This document shows positions 13,341-28,814 of a DNA stretch of 64,000 bases, piece after piece. The stretch covers positions 324,632,001 to 324,696,000 of the forward strand of contig OZ024741.1 in assembly GCA_964016885.1 (NCBI GenBank), written 5' to 3'. Made by a program: the position numbers and the translations under genes. Every line of letters starts with the position of its first letter. Positions within the stretch are counted from its first letter, which is position 1. Source of the DNA: Eledone cirrhosa (taxonomy: Eukaryota). The notes beneath the pieces were generated by a model that saw only the letters and a list, made by a program, of their open reading frames with translations, ran no database searches and was not told where the DNA came from.

Positions 13341-15764
13341 GGGGGGGGGGAATAACAATGGATAGCCAGTTACGATTTACAACATTATTTTACTCTACGA
13401 ACGTTTCAATGTAGGATGGTGGGTTGTGCCTCAGTAGATATACTGGCGATCGGTCCACTCCTCTACATATCGTCAGGAGCATAGATGTTGTAGTAAGCAT
13501 TCAAATACAAACAAGCAAAAGGTGACATTATAATACAGATCAGACTCATAAAGCAAAAAACAAACAAAAAAACATGATGTCTGCTGTTATATATGTATAT
13601 CTAGAGGTATATTAATATATTTATTGACACCAACATAAATATATTGACACCTACATAAAATCCTTTTGAGGATTTCTTACTATTCATACTGATGCACATA
13701 TTTACCGCTTTTCCTTCCCGGATTCAAGATTTTACACTAACATTGTATGTTTGTGTTTGTGTATGCCTGTATATATCTGCGTGTGTGTAATTGTATGGCT
13801 ATGGTTATAGGCGTTTTCTTCCTTACTTGCTTTCCGCCAACTCAACGACAATAAATGGAGTTTCGACCTTGAAATTACGAGGATACACTCGGCTGATTAG
13901 AATGTTTTACCTTACACCATATTCAGAGAATGAGACAATTTATGTTTTTGTATACATACAATTTATGCAGAATTCCAGACCTCATGGATATTCACCTTAC
14001 CATTAATTGACATGAATATGTGTGTGTGTATGTCTGTGCTGCCTGTCTCTAGGTGTTGTGTATATGTGAATGTATGCTTCTGTCTGTCTACGTGTACGTG
14101 TGTGTAATTTCGTTGGCTTATCAATCTTCTGAGATTGAATCGGCACCTGTGTTGCTAGAATGTGAATAAACTGCACTCCATTGAATTGATTTCAGTACAC
14201 CACCCCCTGTCTCTGCTGTTATATATAAAAAGAAAAAAAAACTTTTGTGCGGTGCCTTATTAAATAAAATCAATTTCTTTTGGTGAAATAAGAAACCTCA
14301 TAACTAGATACAATCATACACACAAAAGAAATTTACTGCATCTCTTTAGAGCGCGAAGGGGAAATGAAAAAAAAAAGGCGAAGAAAAAAAAGGCAAGAGA
14401 GAAGAAACACAAAAATGGTGTTTATTGAAGTTGTATCGTCTGCACAATTGAAACGATAAGCTGAACTGAGGTTGAATTGAAAGGCAATACACAAAAAGAA
14501 GGAACTAGTTAAAAGTAATCGATAATTTGATCAGTCTTAGTGAATTTAAAACACACAAGAACGAGACAAAGGGATAAAAGTAGATCATAAGAGACATTTT
14601 CTGACAAATATAACTAAAAGTATAAAAGTCTTTAAACAAGACAAACGACTTTTGTTTAATGTTTTTTTGTTCTTGTTTTTTTCGCGAGACTTACGATTTT
14701 TTATCTATTCACTCATAGTGGTTTATTTCTTTCGGTTTATTTATTTATTTATCAATTTATTAAAATTTGTTGAATATTTATATATTCATTTATTTATTTC
14801 CTCATTCGATGTTTTTGTTATTGTTCAGATTTTTGTTTTATATACTGAAGTGTAATGCATTGCCTTTAGGTAAAGTTTATAGCCTATTGCCAGCTTTGAC
14901 GCTAAACATATATGGAATTGAACTCCAACGGCTTCAACATTGTGAATTTTAGTTGTTTGACCAACTGAAATGCCTGCTCGTGTAGTTAAAGTGCAGGTAG
15001 CTGAGAATTATAGAAATATGTGCACCCTTAACGTAATTGCCAGAGAGATTCAGCGTGACAAGTCTGACCATTTGAATTACGGGTACACCACATTTTTCTC
15101 ATAACGAAATTTTCGATGAGATTCAACGTGATACAGTATATGACCACACAGACAAACACACACAGAGCTTCCAGAATTATCGATTTATACAACAACCAAC
15201 AACAAATAGTCGCAAGTTGCTATTACGACACTTTCTCTCATGCCTCAGCACATAACACACACACTTACACACACAAACGTACGCACACACACATACATAC
15301 ATACATACATACATATATACATGCATAAATACATACATATATATGTGTGTGTGGGTGTGGGGGTACATGTGTGTCACAGTAAGTATTTCAACAATCTATC
15401 TCAGTTAGTAGCTAACACACCCATACCGACACATTTTACAGTACGCCATTGCGATACTATATCTCCATAGATATAATGTACACACTCATACATACATACA
15501 TACACACGCGTACACACACATTTCAGAAATTCTGCATGTAATAACTGCATATACACATATATAGACACAAACATATGCACGCGTACACATATAACTCAAA
15601 ACATGCATCTCCTCAAATGCAATAACATCCATACCTGCACACACACACAATCACACACAGACAAACATACGTATTTACCAAATTGATGTCGCCGATATGC
15701 CAATGAAAGAGTCTTCTGTCTATGTTAGAAACCGGTTCTCTCTCTATTGGTGATAAATCATAAA

Positions 15765-15955
15765 ATAATTGTTTCTACTTTTAGCACAAGGCCAGCATTT
15801 ACCCCAGTGCATTACTGGTGCTTTATTTTATCGACCCCGTAAGGATGAAAGTCAAAGTTAACCTCGGCGTGATTTGAACTCAGAACGTAAAGGTGCCATG
15901 ACTCTATCATGCAAAGTATGGTGTCTGATGCGCTACCGATAGTACTAATCCACGA
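15765..15955 (-). mobile_element. tRNA-derived SINE, family A
   Basis: B-box gagttcaaatc and central ctttcatccttacggggtcgataaaataaag domain; matches the other copies in the window. Confidence 0.85.
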
Positions 15956-16527
15956 CTATTCATAAAATAATAAAATCAGAAGAACATGCATATAGATACA
16001 CACACACATACATACAAATGTACATAACATATATACATACATGCATACATGCATACATGCAAAGGGCTTCAAAGTGAGCATCATATGAATAAGCAAAGTA
16101 GTATTGGACCAACAACCGGCATATTAGCTCTCACGTTGAAGAGTATGCTTTTGCGACCTCGAGTCGTCGCGAGAAAAGAAGAGTATTGGGGTCGATCGGA
16201 CGCACTCCATCTTTCTCTCCCAAGGCAAACATTATATGAACGAATATGTTTATTTCTCTGTTACGAGCTTCCTATTCTCCGCAGTAATCTCATTAATTCG
16301 TCGAAACTGCAGGAGGTTGAGATCTGCGAAGGCATATATTATTGTTTTTAACCTTTTCTCTTACTTCCATTTTATTTCCTCCTTCCTATCTTCTCTTCCT
16401 GCCTTCGAGTCAACTCACATCTAGCCGCTGATCTTTGTCCTTCGAGGTCATATTTTACCCAACTCCGCTTCGACGGTATTTTGCCGTTCTAACAGGTTTC
16501 ATACGCCGAGTGTTCCCATTTTCCTGA

Positions 16528-17595
<1,068 letters not shown>

Positions 17596-17869
17596 ATATA
17601 TATGTGTGTGTGTGTGTATGTGTGTGTGTGTGTGGTGTGTGTATGTGTGTGTGTGTATGTGTATGTGTGCGTGTGTGTGGGGGGGGGGGGGTGTATACGT
17701 GTAAGGTGCAAATTAATTGCGTCCATAGGGGGTATGCCGAATGAGCACTGGATGCTCTTGGTGAGCAAAGTATCAATAATATTAATATATAAGGGAACAA
17801 AGAATCAGTGTTACATCATGTACATATTTAAGTGCATATTACATATGCTACACTGTCGATCAGCTCGAG

Positions 17870-19345
17870 GAACGATCTATTAATGATATATTGAGTGATT
17901 ATGATTGGGTGTTGCTGAACTTCAGTCGGGTTGAAGTAGATCATGAAGCACAGGACCACCACAGTAAAGGTCAACGTAGAGAGGCTAAAGGTACCTCCCC
18001 CTCCTCGACAAGTCCTTCCAAGTATCTGTTGGAGCAAAATTTGCAGCTCTGCTCACAATCGAAACAATGACAACAATGTTCAATGCGGTGATGACAGAGA
18101 CAACAAACGTCATCTTAGGGAAAAACCGCCAGAAAATTCGACCCTGGATCACAGAAGAAATTCTTAAAATGTTTCACTCAAGAAGAGATTTGAAGAAAAC
18201 CATGAACACAACTGGAACATCAGCTTACTGAAAGATCAGTAAAAAGATCTGGAAAATCACGTGGAAGGCCAAAGGAGAATGGATAGATAAACAGTTCACA
18301 GGCGCAACAGCAACTGTGCCTTTCAAATTTTGAAAAATCTCACAAAACAGAGACACCGAGGAGTCAGCACAATACAAGACAAACATGGAAGATAATGACA
18401 TCATCAAGAGATGGAGAGAGTACTGCTCAGAGTTGTACAGCCAACAGACCTATGGAGACACCAGGGTACTTCACAATTAGGAATCCTCAACCGATGATGA
18501 ATTCTCGGTCCTGCATAAAGAAGCAGATATAACAACAACATCACTGAACATTGGAAAAGCAGTTGTTACAGACAACATTCCAGCGGAACTGATAAAACAT
18601 GGAGGAGAGGCAGTAACTGACGTCCACACCAGAATCTGCAATATGATCTGGGAAACTGTAGAATGGCCAACACCTTGGACTCGGCCACTAAAAAGGCAAT
18701 CTACAACACTGCCTATATTATATAACCGTCAGCCTTATCAGCGACACAAGAAAAGTGGTGCTAAAAGTCATCCTGAACAGGTTGCAGTCACAAGTAGAGG
18801 AAATCATTGCAGAAAAGCTGGTTGGTTTTCGCAGCGGAAGGAGCACCGCCAAAACCAACAAGTCATTTACTACGTATTTATTGATTTTAAGAAAGCATTA
18901 TATAGGGTGTGGCATGATGCGCTGTGGGCATAGCTGAAGAAATATTACATGGGATAGAAGATCATCCACAAATTACAACAATACGCGAAGGCCTCAAATG
19001 CAGTATTTATCCGAGCACAATGGGTGACTGGCTCCACATGTCAGAAGGTGCTCGACTGGGTTTTTTCTTTTCTCCCCTACACTGTTCATCATCTTCCGTT
19101 GGCCAATAATGATATTGACGGGCTGGCTGAAAGTGAAGAGGAACTCGCCGAACTTGTGAAAAGCCTGGACGTAAATAACATCTACCAGATACGGCATGGA
19201 GCTTAGCGCTGGGAAAGCCAAACTGATGACAAACACCACAAAACCAATAGATAGAAAGATCACAGTCAGTGGTTAAGAGCTGGAGACTGGGGCGAAATTA
19301 AGGTACCTTGGCACTATCATCAGCTAAGAGGGCTCAAAGCAAGAG
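17870..19345 (+). mobile_element. Decayed RTE/BovB-like LINE
   Basis: IWETVEWPTPWT; VLKVILNRLQSQVEEIIAE..GFRSGRST; FIDFKKA; NDIDGLAESEEEL. Confidence 0.82.
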
Positions 19346-19521
19346 ATATATATCATCAGAAAGGGGAAGAGAGAAAAAGGTGTGATACAGTATACTAGAC
19401 GCCAATAGCCGAAATGAGGTGTGCTCAATGCTTAGGAGTGCAGTGTTAAATATTATAGGAAGTTAATATTTAATGACAATTAGGCGCATAATTTAAGCAG
19501 AGCAAGTATAAACAGAATAAA

Positions 19522-20022
<501 letters not shown>

Positions 20023-20152
20023 TATGTGCACCTGCAAATGTAAATATACATATAAATCTATAAAGATATTAATATTATTTGTATTTCAATACATAGTTTT
20101 GTGTATACATGTATACACACACACACATATATATAAATATATATATATATAT

Positions 20153-20883
20153 AAACGGAAAAAATGAAACGAAATTTCATTTCCCACTCTTAGTACGGCT
20201 GTTACTTAAATATAAGTATGTACACGTACATACATATATGTATACAGACGTACAGTAGTATGTATATATATATATACATACATATATATATATATATATA
20301 TGTACGTATGGATTCACCGAACATTTATTATAATGCTCGGTGTGTTTGTAAACAAACATCCCGTATTAAGCCGTAGTGTCCATACGTACATATATATATG
20401 TGTGCATGTATGTATATATATATACATACTACTGTACGTCTGTAAATATATATGTATGTACGTGTACATACTTATATTTAAGTAACAGCCGTACTAAGAG
20501 TGGGAAATGAAATTTCGTTTCATTTTTTCCGTTTATCGTTTTCGGTGCACCCGGCCAATTAACCCACTCGATATGCAAATTGGGCTACTCAGCCGTTAAT
20601 ATGCATAAGGTAAGTATATACGTTCAACAATCTGGCAGGAAGGTATACGTTGCTGACGATAGCTAATAAGTTTGAAACTAGTACAGTGTTCCTTTGTCAG
20701 TGTTGAACAAACGAGCAACGATGGTTGCTGGACACTACAGCTTAATACGGGATGTTTGTTTACAAACACATCGAGCATTATAATAAATGTTCGGTGAATC
20801 CATACGTACATATATATATGTGTGCATGTATGTATATATATATATACATACTACTGTATGTCTGTGTACATATATGTGTGTAC

Positions 20884-20892
<9 letters not shown>
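20153..20892 (+). mobile_element. ORF-less retrozyme-like element: ~420-nt monomer, partial tandem plus inverted copy
   Basis: 20381-20470 recurs at 20801-20892; 20153-20382 is an inverted copy that crosses the monomer junction; HHR inside. Confidence 0.8.
20647..20689 (+). ncRNA. Type I hammerhead
   Basis: acgttg CTGACGA t agct-aata-agtt t GAAA ctag TA cagtgt; palindromic stem III. Confidence 0.85.
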
Positions 20893-20964
<72 letters not shown>

Positions 20965-20967
<3 letters not shown>

Positions 20968-22100
20968 TAAATCAACATTAATCTAATCCTTTAAAAGCAG
21001 GTATAGTATTTCTTCATTTCAATAACACTATTGACCCCCAAACAAATCAAAATAACTTACAATCTAACTAACCAAATTGACTTAATGAAAACCATATTCT
21101 TCTATCTAAACTCCAATAAATATTCAAAAGTAATATTAAAATTTAAATACAACTTAAATAACCATGTATTAATATCACTAAATCAACATTGGATTTGAAA
21201 ACTAACTTTTTTCTTACTATATATGTATTTATGTGTACACATGTAACCTCGATTAAGAAACAAGGCATGCCTTCTAAATTGGGTTTTTATTAAATATTAT
21301 TTATTTATTAAATATTATTTATCTAACATTACTTTCTCAAGATAGCAATACAGTAACTTATAAATTAATCTAATATACTTAATTTAATAATAACCAAGTA
21401 ATTTCCCTATGTCCATTTAAAATAGCTTTATTTATTATAAACCAAATGCATAACATTCCTCAATTAAGACATCTTTTCTGAGAAGATTTATTACCCCTAA
21501 CACAAAGCACTCACCACTTTTATGATCTTCTTATCTTCTTATCTCCCTTTCTTCTTCTTCTTCTTCTTCTTCTTCTTCTTCTTCTTCTTCTTCTTCTTCT
21601 TCTTCTTCTTCTTCTTCTTCTTCTTCTTCTTCTGCTGCTGCTGCTGCTGCTGCTGTTGCTGCTACAGCGTCCACTTACTCTTCAAATGATGGTGGCGACA
21701 GGGTCCTAAAACACTCCTTCTACTATCTTTATCAATCAAAAGAGGCAATCTGAAATATATATTTGTATGGTATGTCTATTCTTATATCTACCCTGTTTAT
21801 ATACTACCAATAAAAATTCTAACTTCATTGTTTCCGAAGAAGACGGTATAATAGAACATATTTATGTTATGTCTGCTAGTATACAGTTCTCTAACTGCTA
21901 TAGATCAGTCAATATATCAATATGATCAACCCTCCGAAACTATCGTAAAACAATGAAATGAATATGTAAAATAACTTGCCTTCGTTATTACTATCATTGT
22001 TAAACTAATATCTAATATATCAGACTCTGTACCTAAAGGATTAACTCAACGAAACACGGAACCTATCTCTCGATCTCACTGAATTACTTGCTAATGGATT
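20965..22100 (+). mobile_element. Decayed AT-rich PLE 3' region containing (CTT)n(CTG)n and an HHR
   Basis: Weak GIY-YIG-like trace (IYVFMC) near 21220; HHR at 21824. Confidence 0.45.
21824..21957 (+). ncRNA. Type I hammerhead (CCGAAGA core, ~95-nt stem II domain)
   Basis: ttcattgttt CCGAAGA ... GAAA c-tatc-g TA aaacaatgaa; perfect 10-bp stem I. Confidence 0.8.
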
Positions 22101-22190
22101 ACATTGAGTTCTGACTATGGTATAGACCCTACCACGAAGAGTGGACCACATTGTATATATATATATAGCATAAAAAAGAGAATCAGTGCT

Positions 22191-22437
22191 GCGACGAATG
22201 GAATTTATTGGACATATTACAATCGTTTCTCTGGCGACCACCTCGAGGTACGATCGATGTGTTGATCGAACCTGACTCTGAAATCGCAAGGTCCTTTGGA
22301 AAATCTGCTTTGTAGAATCAAAACATATCTGAGGACCTCGCGATTTCAGAGTCAGGTTCGATCATCACATCTATCGTGCCTCGAGCTGGTCGCCAGAGAA
22401 ACGATTGTAATATGTCCAATAAATTCCATTCGTCGCA
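22191..22437. repeat. Inverted repeat (~105-bp arms) of an HHR-bearing element
   Basis: 22191-22295 is the reverse complement of 22332-22437 with few mismatches. Confidence 0.9.
22323..22415 (+). ncRNA. Type I hammerhead, long stem II domain
   Basis: acatat CTGAGGA ... GAAA cgattg TA atatgt. Confidence 0.78.
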
Positions 22438-22535
22438 ACTGTGATATCATACTCTGCTCTGTGAGAGCATCGTGTGCTCAAACGGCCTACCGCATACGGA
22501 TGCTTTAAGCATCCAACACCAATTATATATATATA

Positions 22536-23278
22536 CAGGGTGTCCCCAAAAAATTTGACATCATTTCGCAGGCCAATAATTTTGGCAATTCTTGTTGAAA
22601 TAACCTCAAATTTTCACAGAATGTATAGAAACAGATCAAGATTTTATATTTAATGTTTTATATTTTTCTCTTTTCAGGTTGAGAAATGCCGTTCACTTCC
22701 AAAGAAAAGTCATTTTGCGTCTTGGAATATGCTCGAACACAGTCACCCAAGACTGTGCAGCGTGCCTTCAATGCAAAATTTGGAAAAAAGTCACCAACTG
22801 GCAAACAGTATCCTCAGGATACGCCAAACCGTCATTCGAGGAATCTGGGTTTCCAAACTTGTTCTCCTTACGGACTTCTTGGGGCTTCGCAAGAGTTTTT
22901 CACAAACTTGCTCGACCTTCTCTTCTGATGTTGATGATAGTCTTCCAGATCATTTAGCCCTGCATAAGCAGCCTTCCTCTTTAAATTTTTGGTATCAGGT
23001 CCAAATTTGTTTGCCAGTTGGTGACTTTTTTCAAAATTTTGCATTGAAGGCACGCTGCACAGTCTTGGGTGACTGTGTTCGAGCATATTCCAAGACGCAA
23101 AATGACTTTTCTTTGGAATTGAACGGCATTTCTCAACCTGAAAAGAGAAAAATATAAAACATTAAATATAAAATCTTGATCTGTTTCTATACATTCTGTG
23201 AAAGTTTGAGGTTATTTCAACAAGAATTGCCAAAATTATTGGCCTGCGAAATGATGTCAAATTTTTTGAGACACCCTG
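22536..23278. mobile_element. Tc1/mariner non-autonomous element built from two inverted 5' ends
   Basis: TA-CAGGGTGTC...GACACCCTG-TA; ~275-bp arms each encoding the transposase N-terminus MPFTSKEKSFCVLEYARTQSPKTVQRAF (DUF4817-type HTH). Confidence 0.9.
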
Positions 23279-23292
23279 TATATATATTTATA

Positions 23293-23427
<135 letters not shown>

Positions 23428-23500
23428 ATTGAAGTTTCCGTTGAAAATAGAAAAAGTCATAGGAGTGAAGAGTGCTCTATGTAAGTACCAGAGCAAAATT

Positions 23501-24282
23501 TAATGTATAGAAACAATACAAAATAATTAGCTCATTACCAGAGGTTTCCCGTACGCGTGATTAGATATACATGGGGCGATGTGTAGGTATATATATATAT
23601 GTGCATCCTGTGTGTGTATGTACGCTTGCATACGCTTTTGTCTGCACGTATTGCGTGTATATATATATTTTTTATAGATATATGTTTCTTTTAGATATAT
23701 GTGTGTATGTACGCGTGTACCTTGTTTGTTTTCTTTTCTTTCCTTTGCAATTTTTTCTTTCTAATTTATTGTTCCATTTTTATAATTATATCGAGAATGA
23801 TACTTTCTTTTTACTATTACACTCCCTTACCTCTTTTTCTTCCGCATATAAGTGTACGCGCGTGCGTGTGTGTTTATACGCGTGCCTTCATATTCTTATA
23901 ATGTATCTAATACCCTGTTTTTTCTGTATACCTGTCAACCAGACATTCACATCATGTCTGTGTCTATCGTTACATATACACAGATATACTTGCCCTCATA
24001 CATATATTTACGCACACATTTTCACTATACACACACATTTGTACATACATGCATGTGTATATCTGTGAGTGTATATACATACATATACACACACCTAACT
24101 ATATTTCTTTTAAAAAAAATGTTATATATTTTTCTTGCATTTCTTGAGGAGACTTTCCAAATATTTATCTATGTTTTATATTGCCTCGTCCGACGAACGA
24201 ATGAAGACGTTTCTTTCGTATTCGTCTTATTCGGGAAACCTCTGGTAATGAGGTAATTATTTTGTATTGTTTCTATACATTA
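23501..24282 (+). mobile_element. ORF-less HHR element with inverted terminal copy
   Basis: 23501-23551 is the reverse complement of 24232-24282; TG/TA low-complexity interior. Confidence 0.8.
24182..24255 (+). ncRNA. Type I hammerhead (CCGACGA core)
   Basis: tgcctcgt CCGACGA a cgaat-g-aagacg...cgtctt-attcg g GAAA cc-tct-gg TA atgaggta. Confidence 0.85.
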
Positions 24283-24636
24283 TATATATATATATATATA
24301 TATATATTTAATACAATAACAGAGAAAGCTAATAGCGATACTCCGACTAACTTCCATCTCACTCAACAAACATTAGGAAATACCTAAATATATTCCATAT
24401 ATATATATATAGACGTGTGTGTATATGTGCACGTTTGTCTGTGTGTATGTGTATATATAATTACGTATTTCTGTGTCCGTGAGTAACTTCCACGTTGAAA
24501 ACCCTGTTTTGCTGTTGTGTCTCCACTGAACAAACTTTCACGTGATCGACATTCACTTTAATATATTCCATATTTCTCCATTTATTGAATTCAAAATAAC
24601 GTTCAGCTGCCTTGTTTCTACTTATGGTTTTTCTTG

Positions 24637-24637
<1 letters not shown>

Positions 24638-24715
<78 letters not shown>

Positions 24716-24720
24716 CACAC

Positions 24721-24775
<55 letters not shown>

Positions 24776-24776
24776 T

Positions 24777-24850
<74 letters not shown>
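24638..24850. repeat. (CA)n(TA)n microsatellite
   Basis: Seen directly. Confidence 0.95.
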
Positions 24851-24854
<4 letters not shown>

Positions 24855-25537
24855 AGAGAGAGCTTTCACTATGTTGAGAGGGTAGGCTGCTATTTCTAGT
24901 TGTCGTTTAACCCTCTCACGTCACTGTGACGCCGACTGCTTGCATTATTTTTTTTGTGTATTCTTTTTTTATAATACCATGTGCTTCTTTCGTCGTCCTC
25001 AGTTCTGTATGTTAACTGGTGTAAGTTCAGATTCCTGCACAGACTTGCCAGATCAATCATCGAACTGCACCGATATATGGTGAAATGTATTCATGATTTG
25101 TGAAGGTTACATAGGTATCTATACTTTAAATTTTTGTTATATTTTAATATGATACAGCAATGAACCATGTGTTCTTATATTCTATACAGATTGTCTCCTG
25201 TTAAAGTTTAATATGTTCTATTGTACGTTAAATATCATTAGATATATATGTATGTGTATGTATGTCATACATTATTTTGTAATGATTAAATGCTCGGATA
25301 TATTCCTGGAATTTTTCTTTGGGCTTTTTTGGGGTGATAAGACGCATGTTTGAGATTATCTCAAACATGACATCTATAACTTTGAATGTAATATATATAT
25401 ATATATGATACACACACACACACATCTCTCTCTCTATATATATATATATATGTAGGAGGTGAGTTTTATTGTAGTACAATAAAGCAATGCAGATATCGGA
25501 TAAGAAGCACTCTACAGTTTGTAGGACTGGAGTATGC

Positions 25538-25963
<426 letters not shown>

Positions 25964-26268
25964 GTATATTGCTCTGATTATTTAATTTATTAATTCATCA
26001 TTGAGCCACATCGTGAATGGTTGCCAAAAACATATCTATGGCTTTGTCTAGTTTGTGTATATGTAAATCTTTATATTTGATAATCTCCCATAAGGTTGAG
26101 ATGCAATTTAGGCAATATTAGGCTGCGCCCTCTTACAAACAGCCCACTAGCCGTAAGGCACCAATCACATTCTTTCTGACTTGACCACTGCCACGTCACA
26201 GTTCTTAGCCATTTTGAATTCGTTTCTGGCGGGGATCATTTAAGAAAAATCTTTGTCCAAGTGAGTTT

Positions 26269-26350
26269 GTTTCCTGATGAGTTCGAAGTTCGAGAATTTA
26301 TCCTTCATAGGATATTTCCGAAAGCGAACGACACCCTAAGGGGTAGAAAC
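26269..26350 (+). ncRNA. Type I hammerhead with GAAA>GACA core change
   Basis: gtttc CTGATGA gttcg...cgaac GACA ccc-taag-ggg TA gaaac. Confidence 0.75.
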
Positions 26351-26776
26351 GTAATCCTGGTATATGTATATGCATTTTTTCTTCTAACTTTAATTTTATA
26401 CGTAATTGTGTATGGTTGACGACATATTTAATCGATTTCCATGTGCTATTGAAATGCTGGGTAAATATTCTATAGCTGTTGATAGCGAATAGATGGCTGT
26501 CGTTTATTTATCTATTATTTCTTCATAGGTGCCTTTTAATATTATAGCCTGGTTTAATTGGTTTTTTGTGTGGTTGATTATGCTAATTGGGAGAGGAAAT
26601 TGAGTATATATCTTATCAAATGATTCTAAGGACATAATTTATAGTATATATATGTATATATATATATATAGATATGTATTTCTATCTATATATCTATATA
26701 GGAACAAGTAAGACCCCGACGGCTGAGCTCAAGCCGTTTCGACGGCTAATTCTGGTTCCTTACCACATTTCCTTCG

Positions 26777-26807
<31 letters not shown>

Positions 26808-26810
<3 letters not shown>

Positions 26811-28802
26811 CTACCTGGTAGGAACGTGTGCAATTCCGACCAGGTCCATACACGACAACCTCCACCTCATGCAATATATCATAGAGAGGGTGGGGTGTAA
26901 ACCCGGCTTCGGTAGGGCTCTGATCAATTTAGATCAGTCTAAAGCATTCGATAGGGTCGACCATCTCAAGGCGTCCGGTTTCGGTCCCGTTTTCAGAGGC
27001 TGGATTAAGCATCTGCTCGAAGGTCAAGGTGAACGGTAGCTATCGGAGCCGTTCGCAATCACGCGTTCCATTCGACAGGTATGCCCTCTCTCCTCCATTC
27101 TGTACGTATTGACTCTAGAGCCACTACTGCGAAAGTTGGAGCTTTTTCAGGGCATCCCTTTAGAACCGGGACTGCAAAAAGTGGCGTCGGCTTATGCCGA
27201 CGACGTGACTGTGATGGTGTCGAAAACCTCGGAAATCGGGGTAATCGGCAACCTACTACAGGAATACGAAAGGTTCACAGGAGCAAAACTGAACCCGGAC
27301 AAGTCTGTCGGTTTGCAACTCGGAACGTGGAGAGGCAAACCGATGCCGTTCGACAGCGTCGTCGGACGCTGGATGGAAGGACCGGTGAAATTGCTCGGGG
27401 CCTGGTTCGGTCCAAACCTCCAGGTGGAGAAAAACTGGAACGAGGTCATGGCCAAGGGATTTGCGCTCACCCAGAAGTGAGCAGAGTGCAAACTGTCTTT
27501 GGAAAGTCGAGCGGAGGGTGCGAACACTTTCATAGCGTCCCTCATCTACTACCGTTTGACTGTCGTGACTTGTCCCCGTGAATACCTCACCAAGATGGAA
27601 CGCATGCTCTTCCAGTTCCTATGGAAGAAGCAGGCTCTACTGGTGAGGAGATCCGTCTGCTGTCAACACCCTTCCAACGGAGGGCTGGGCATGCCGTGGC
27701 TAATGATGCGGAAACATGCGCTGAGGCTACGGCATCTTCAGGTATTCCTCACCGACCAACCGGTGTAGGCACCGTTTGTGAGACAGGCCTTCCCACAACT
27801 TGTCTCCATGGCGGAGCTGCAGTTTTGGGTCAAGCGAAGACCGAAGAAGATGGGCGCCTGGCACATTGAATGCGCCCAGGCGCTGACAGTCCTCTGTCAA
27901 GCGGGCACAGCAATCATTGGAGATTCCACTTCGACATTCTATAGAGGGTTAGTACTTTACAAGTCCGACGACGTTCGCGGGGAGACTCTATGCGTCGAAG
28001 ACGATGAGCTCACCAGTCTGTTCGGTAGGACTTTCCGCCCGGGATCTATGGACAACTTACAGAGGTGCCTGGCCTGGCAGTGCTACCGAGGAGCTCTACC
28101 TGTTCGAGATAAGATCTACAGACACGGACGCCCCTGCAGGGATCCTTCCAAGAGGACGTGTCCAAGATGCGAGCAGGACATTGAAACCGTCTTGCACGCA
28201 ATTGTACACCGCCCGGGCGTAAGCGACCTGTGGAACTATGCAGAACAACTGCTGTCGCGTAAGTCCATAGTAAGGATCAAACCGCCAGCCTCTTTCAAAA
28301 ACGAAAGAGAGGCGGTTTTCCTCTGTACATTGGCTATGGTGAAAGAGGTTATATGGTGGATGAGATTGAGAGGACTGAGGACAGATGCCTTTCTCTCCGG
28401 ACAACAATTGATTCCCTCCATTAAGTATCACTTTAGGAGAAGAATCAGAGTTGAGAGAAAGGCACTGCATCCCAGTAAATTTACTGAAAAGTAGGTGAAT
28501 GAAGCGAAAATGGTCCGAGTGAGTGGGTCTTCTCTGTTTATAATCCTGTAGGTTAAAGAAGAGAGCAAAAGGAAGAAGGGAGCACTTGCACAACACGCTC
28601 CTGAAGTTGAGGGTTGTTCTATCGACGGAGTATTAAACAACCCATTTGTGGCGTCTCCCCCCTATTGGGGATTTCGATTGTTATAATTGTTTGTTTGTTT
28701 TATATATATATATTATTTTTTTACACGACTGTATGTACAATCCCCGGCATGTGTCGTTGTATCGTCGCCTTTTCTTGTGCGCCCTTGTGGCAAATAAAGA
28801 AA
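26808..28802 (+). mobile_element. L1/Tx1-clade LINE, 5'-truncated ORF2 plus 3' UTR
   Basis: RSIHDNLHL; LINLDQSKAFDRVDH; SAYADDVTV; NGGLGMP; CPRC..ETVLHAIVH zinc knuckle; AATAAA then (TA)n. Confidence 0.88.
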
Positions 28803-28814
28803 TATATATATATA

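Noticed and set aside
24980-25006. Minus-strand CTGAGGA-cgac-GAAA
   Set aside because: No stem II and no stem I pairing
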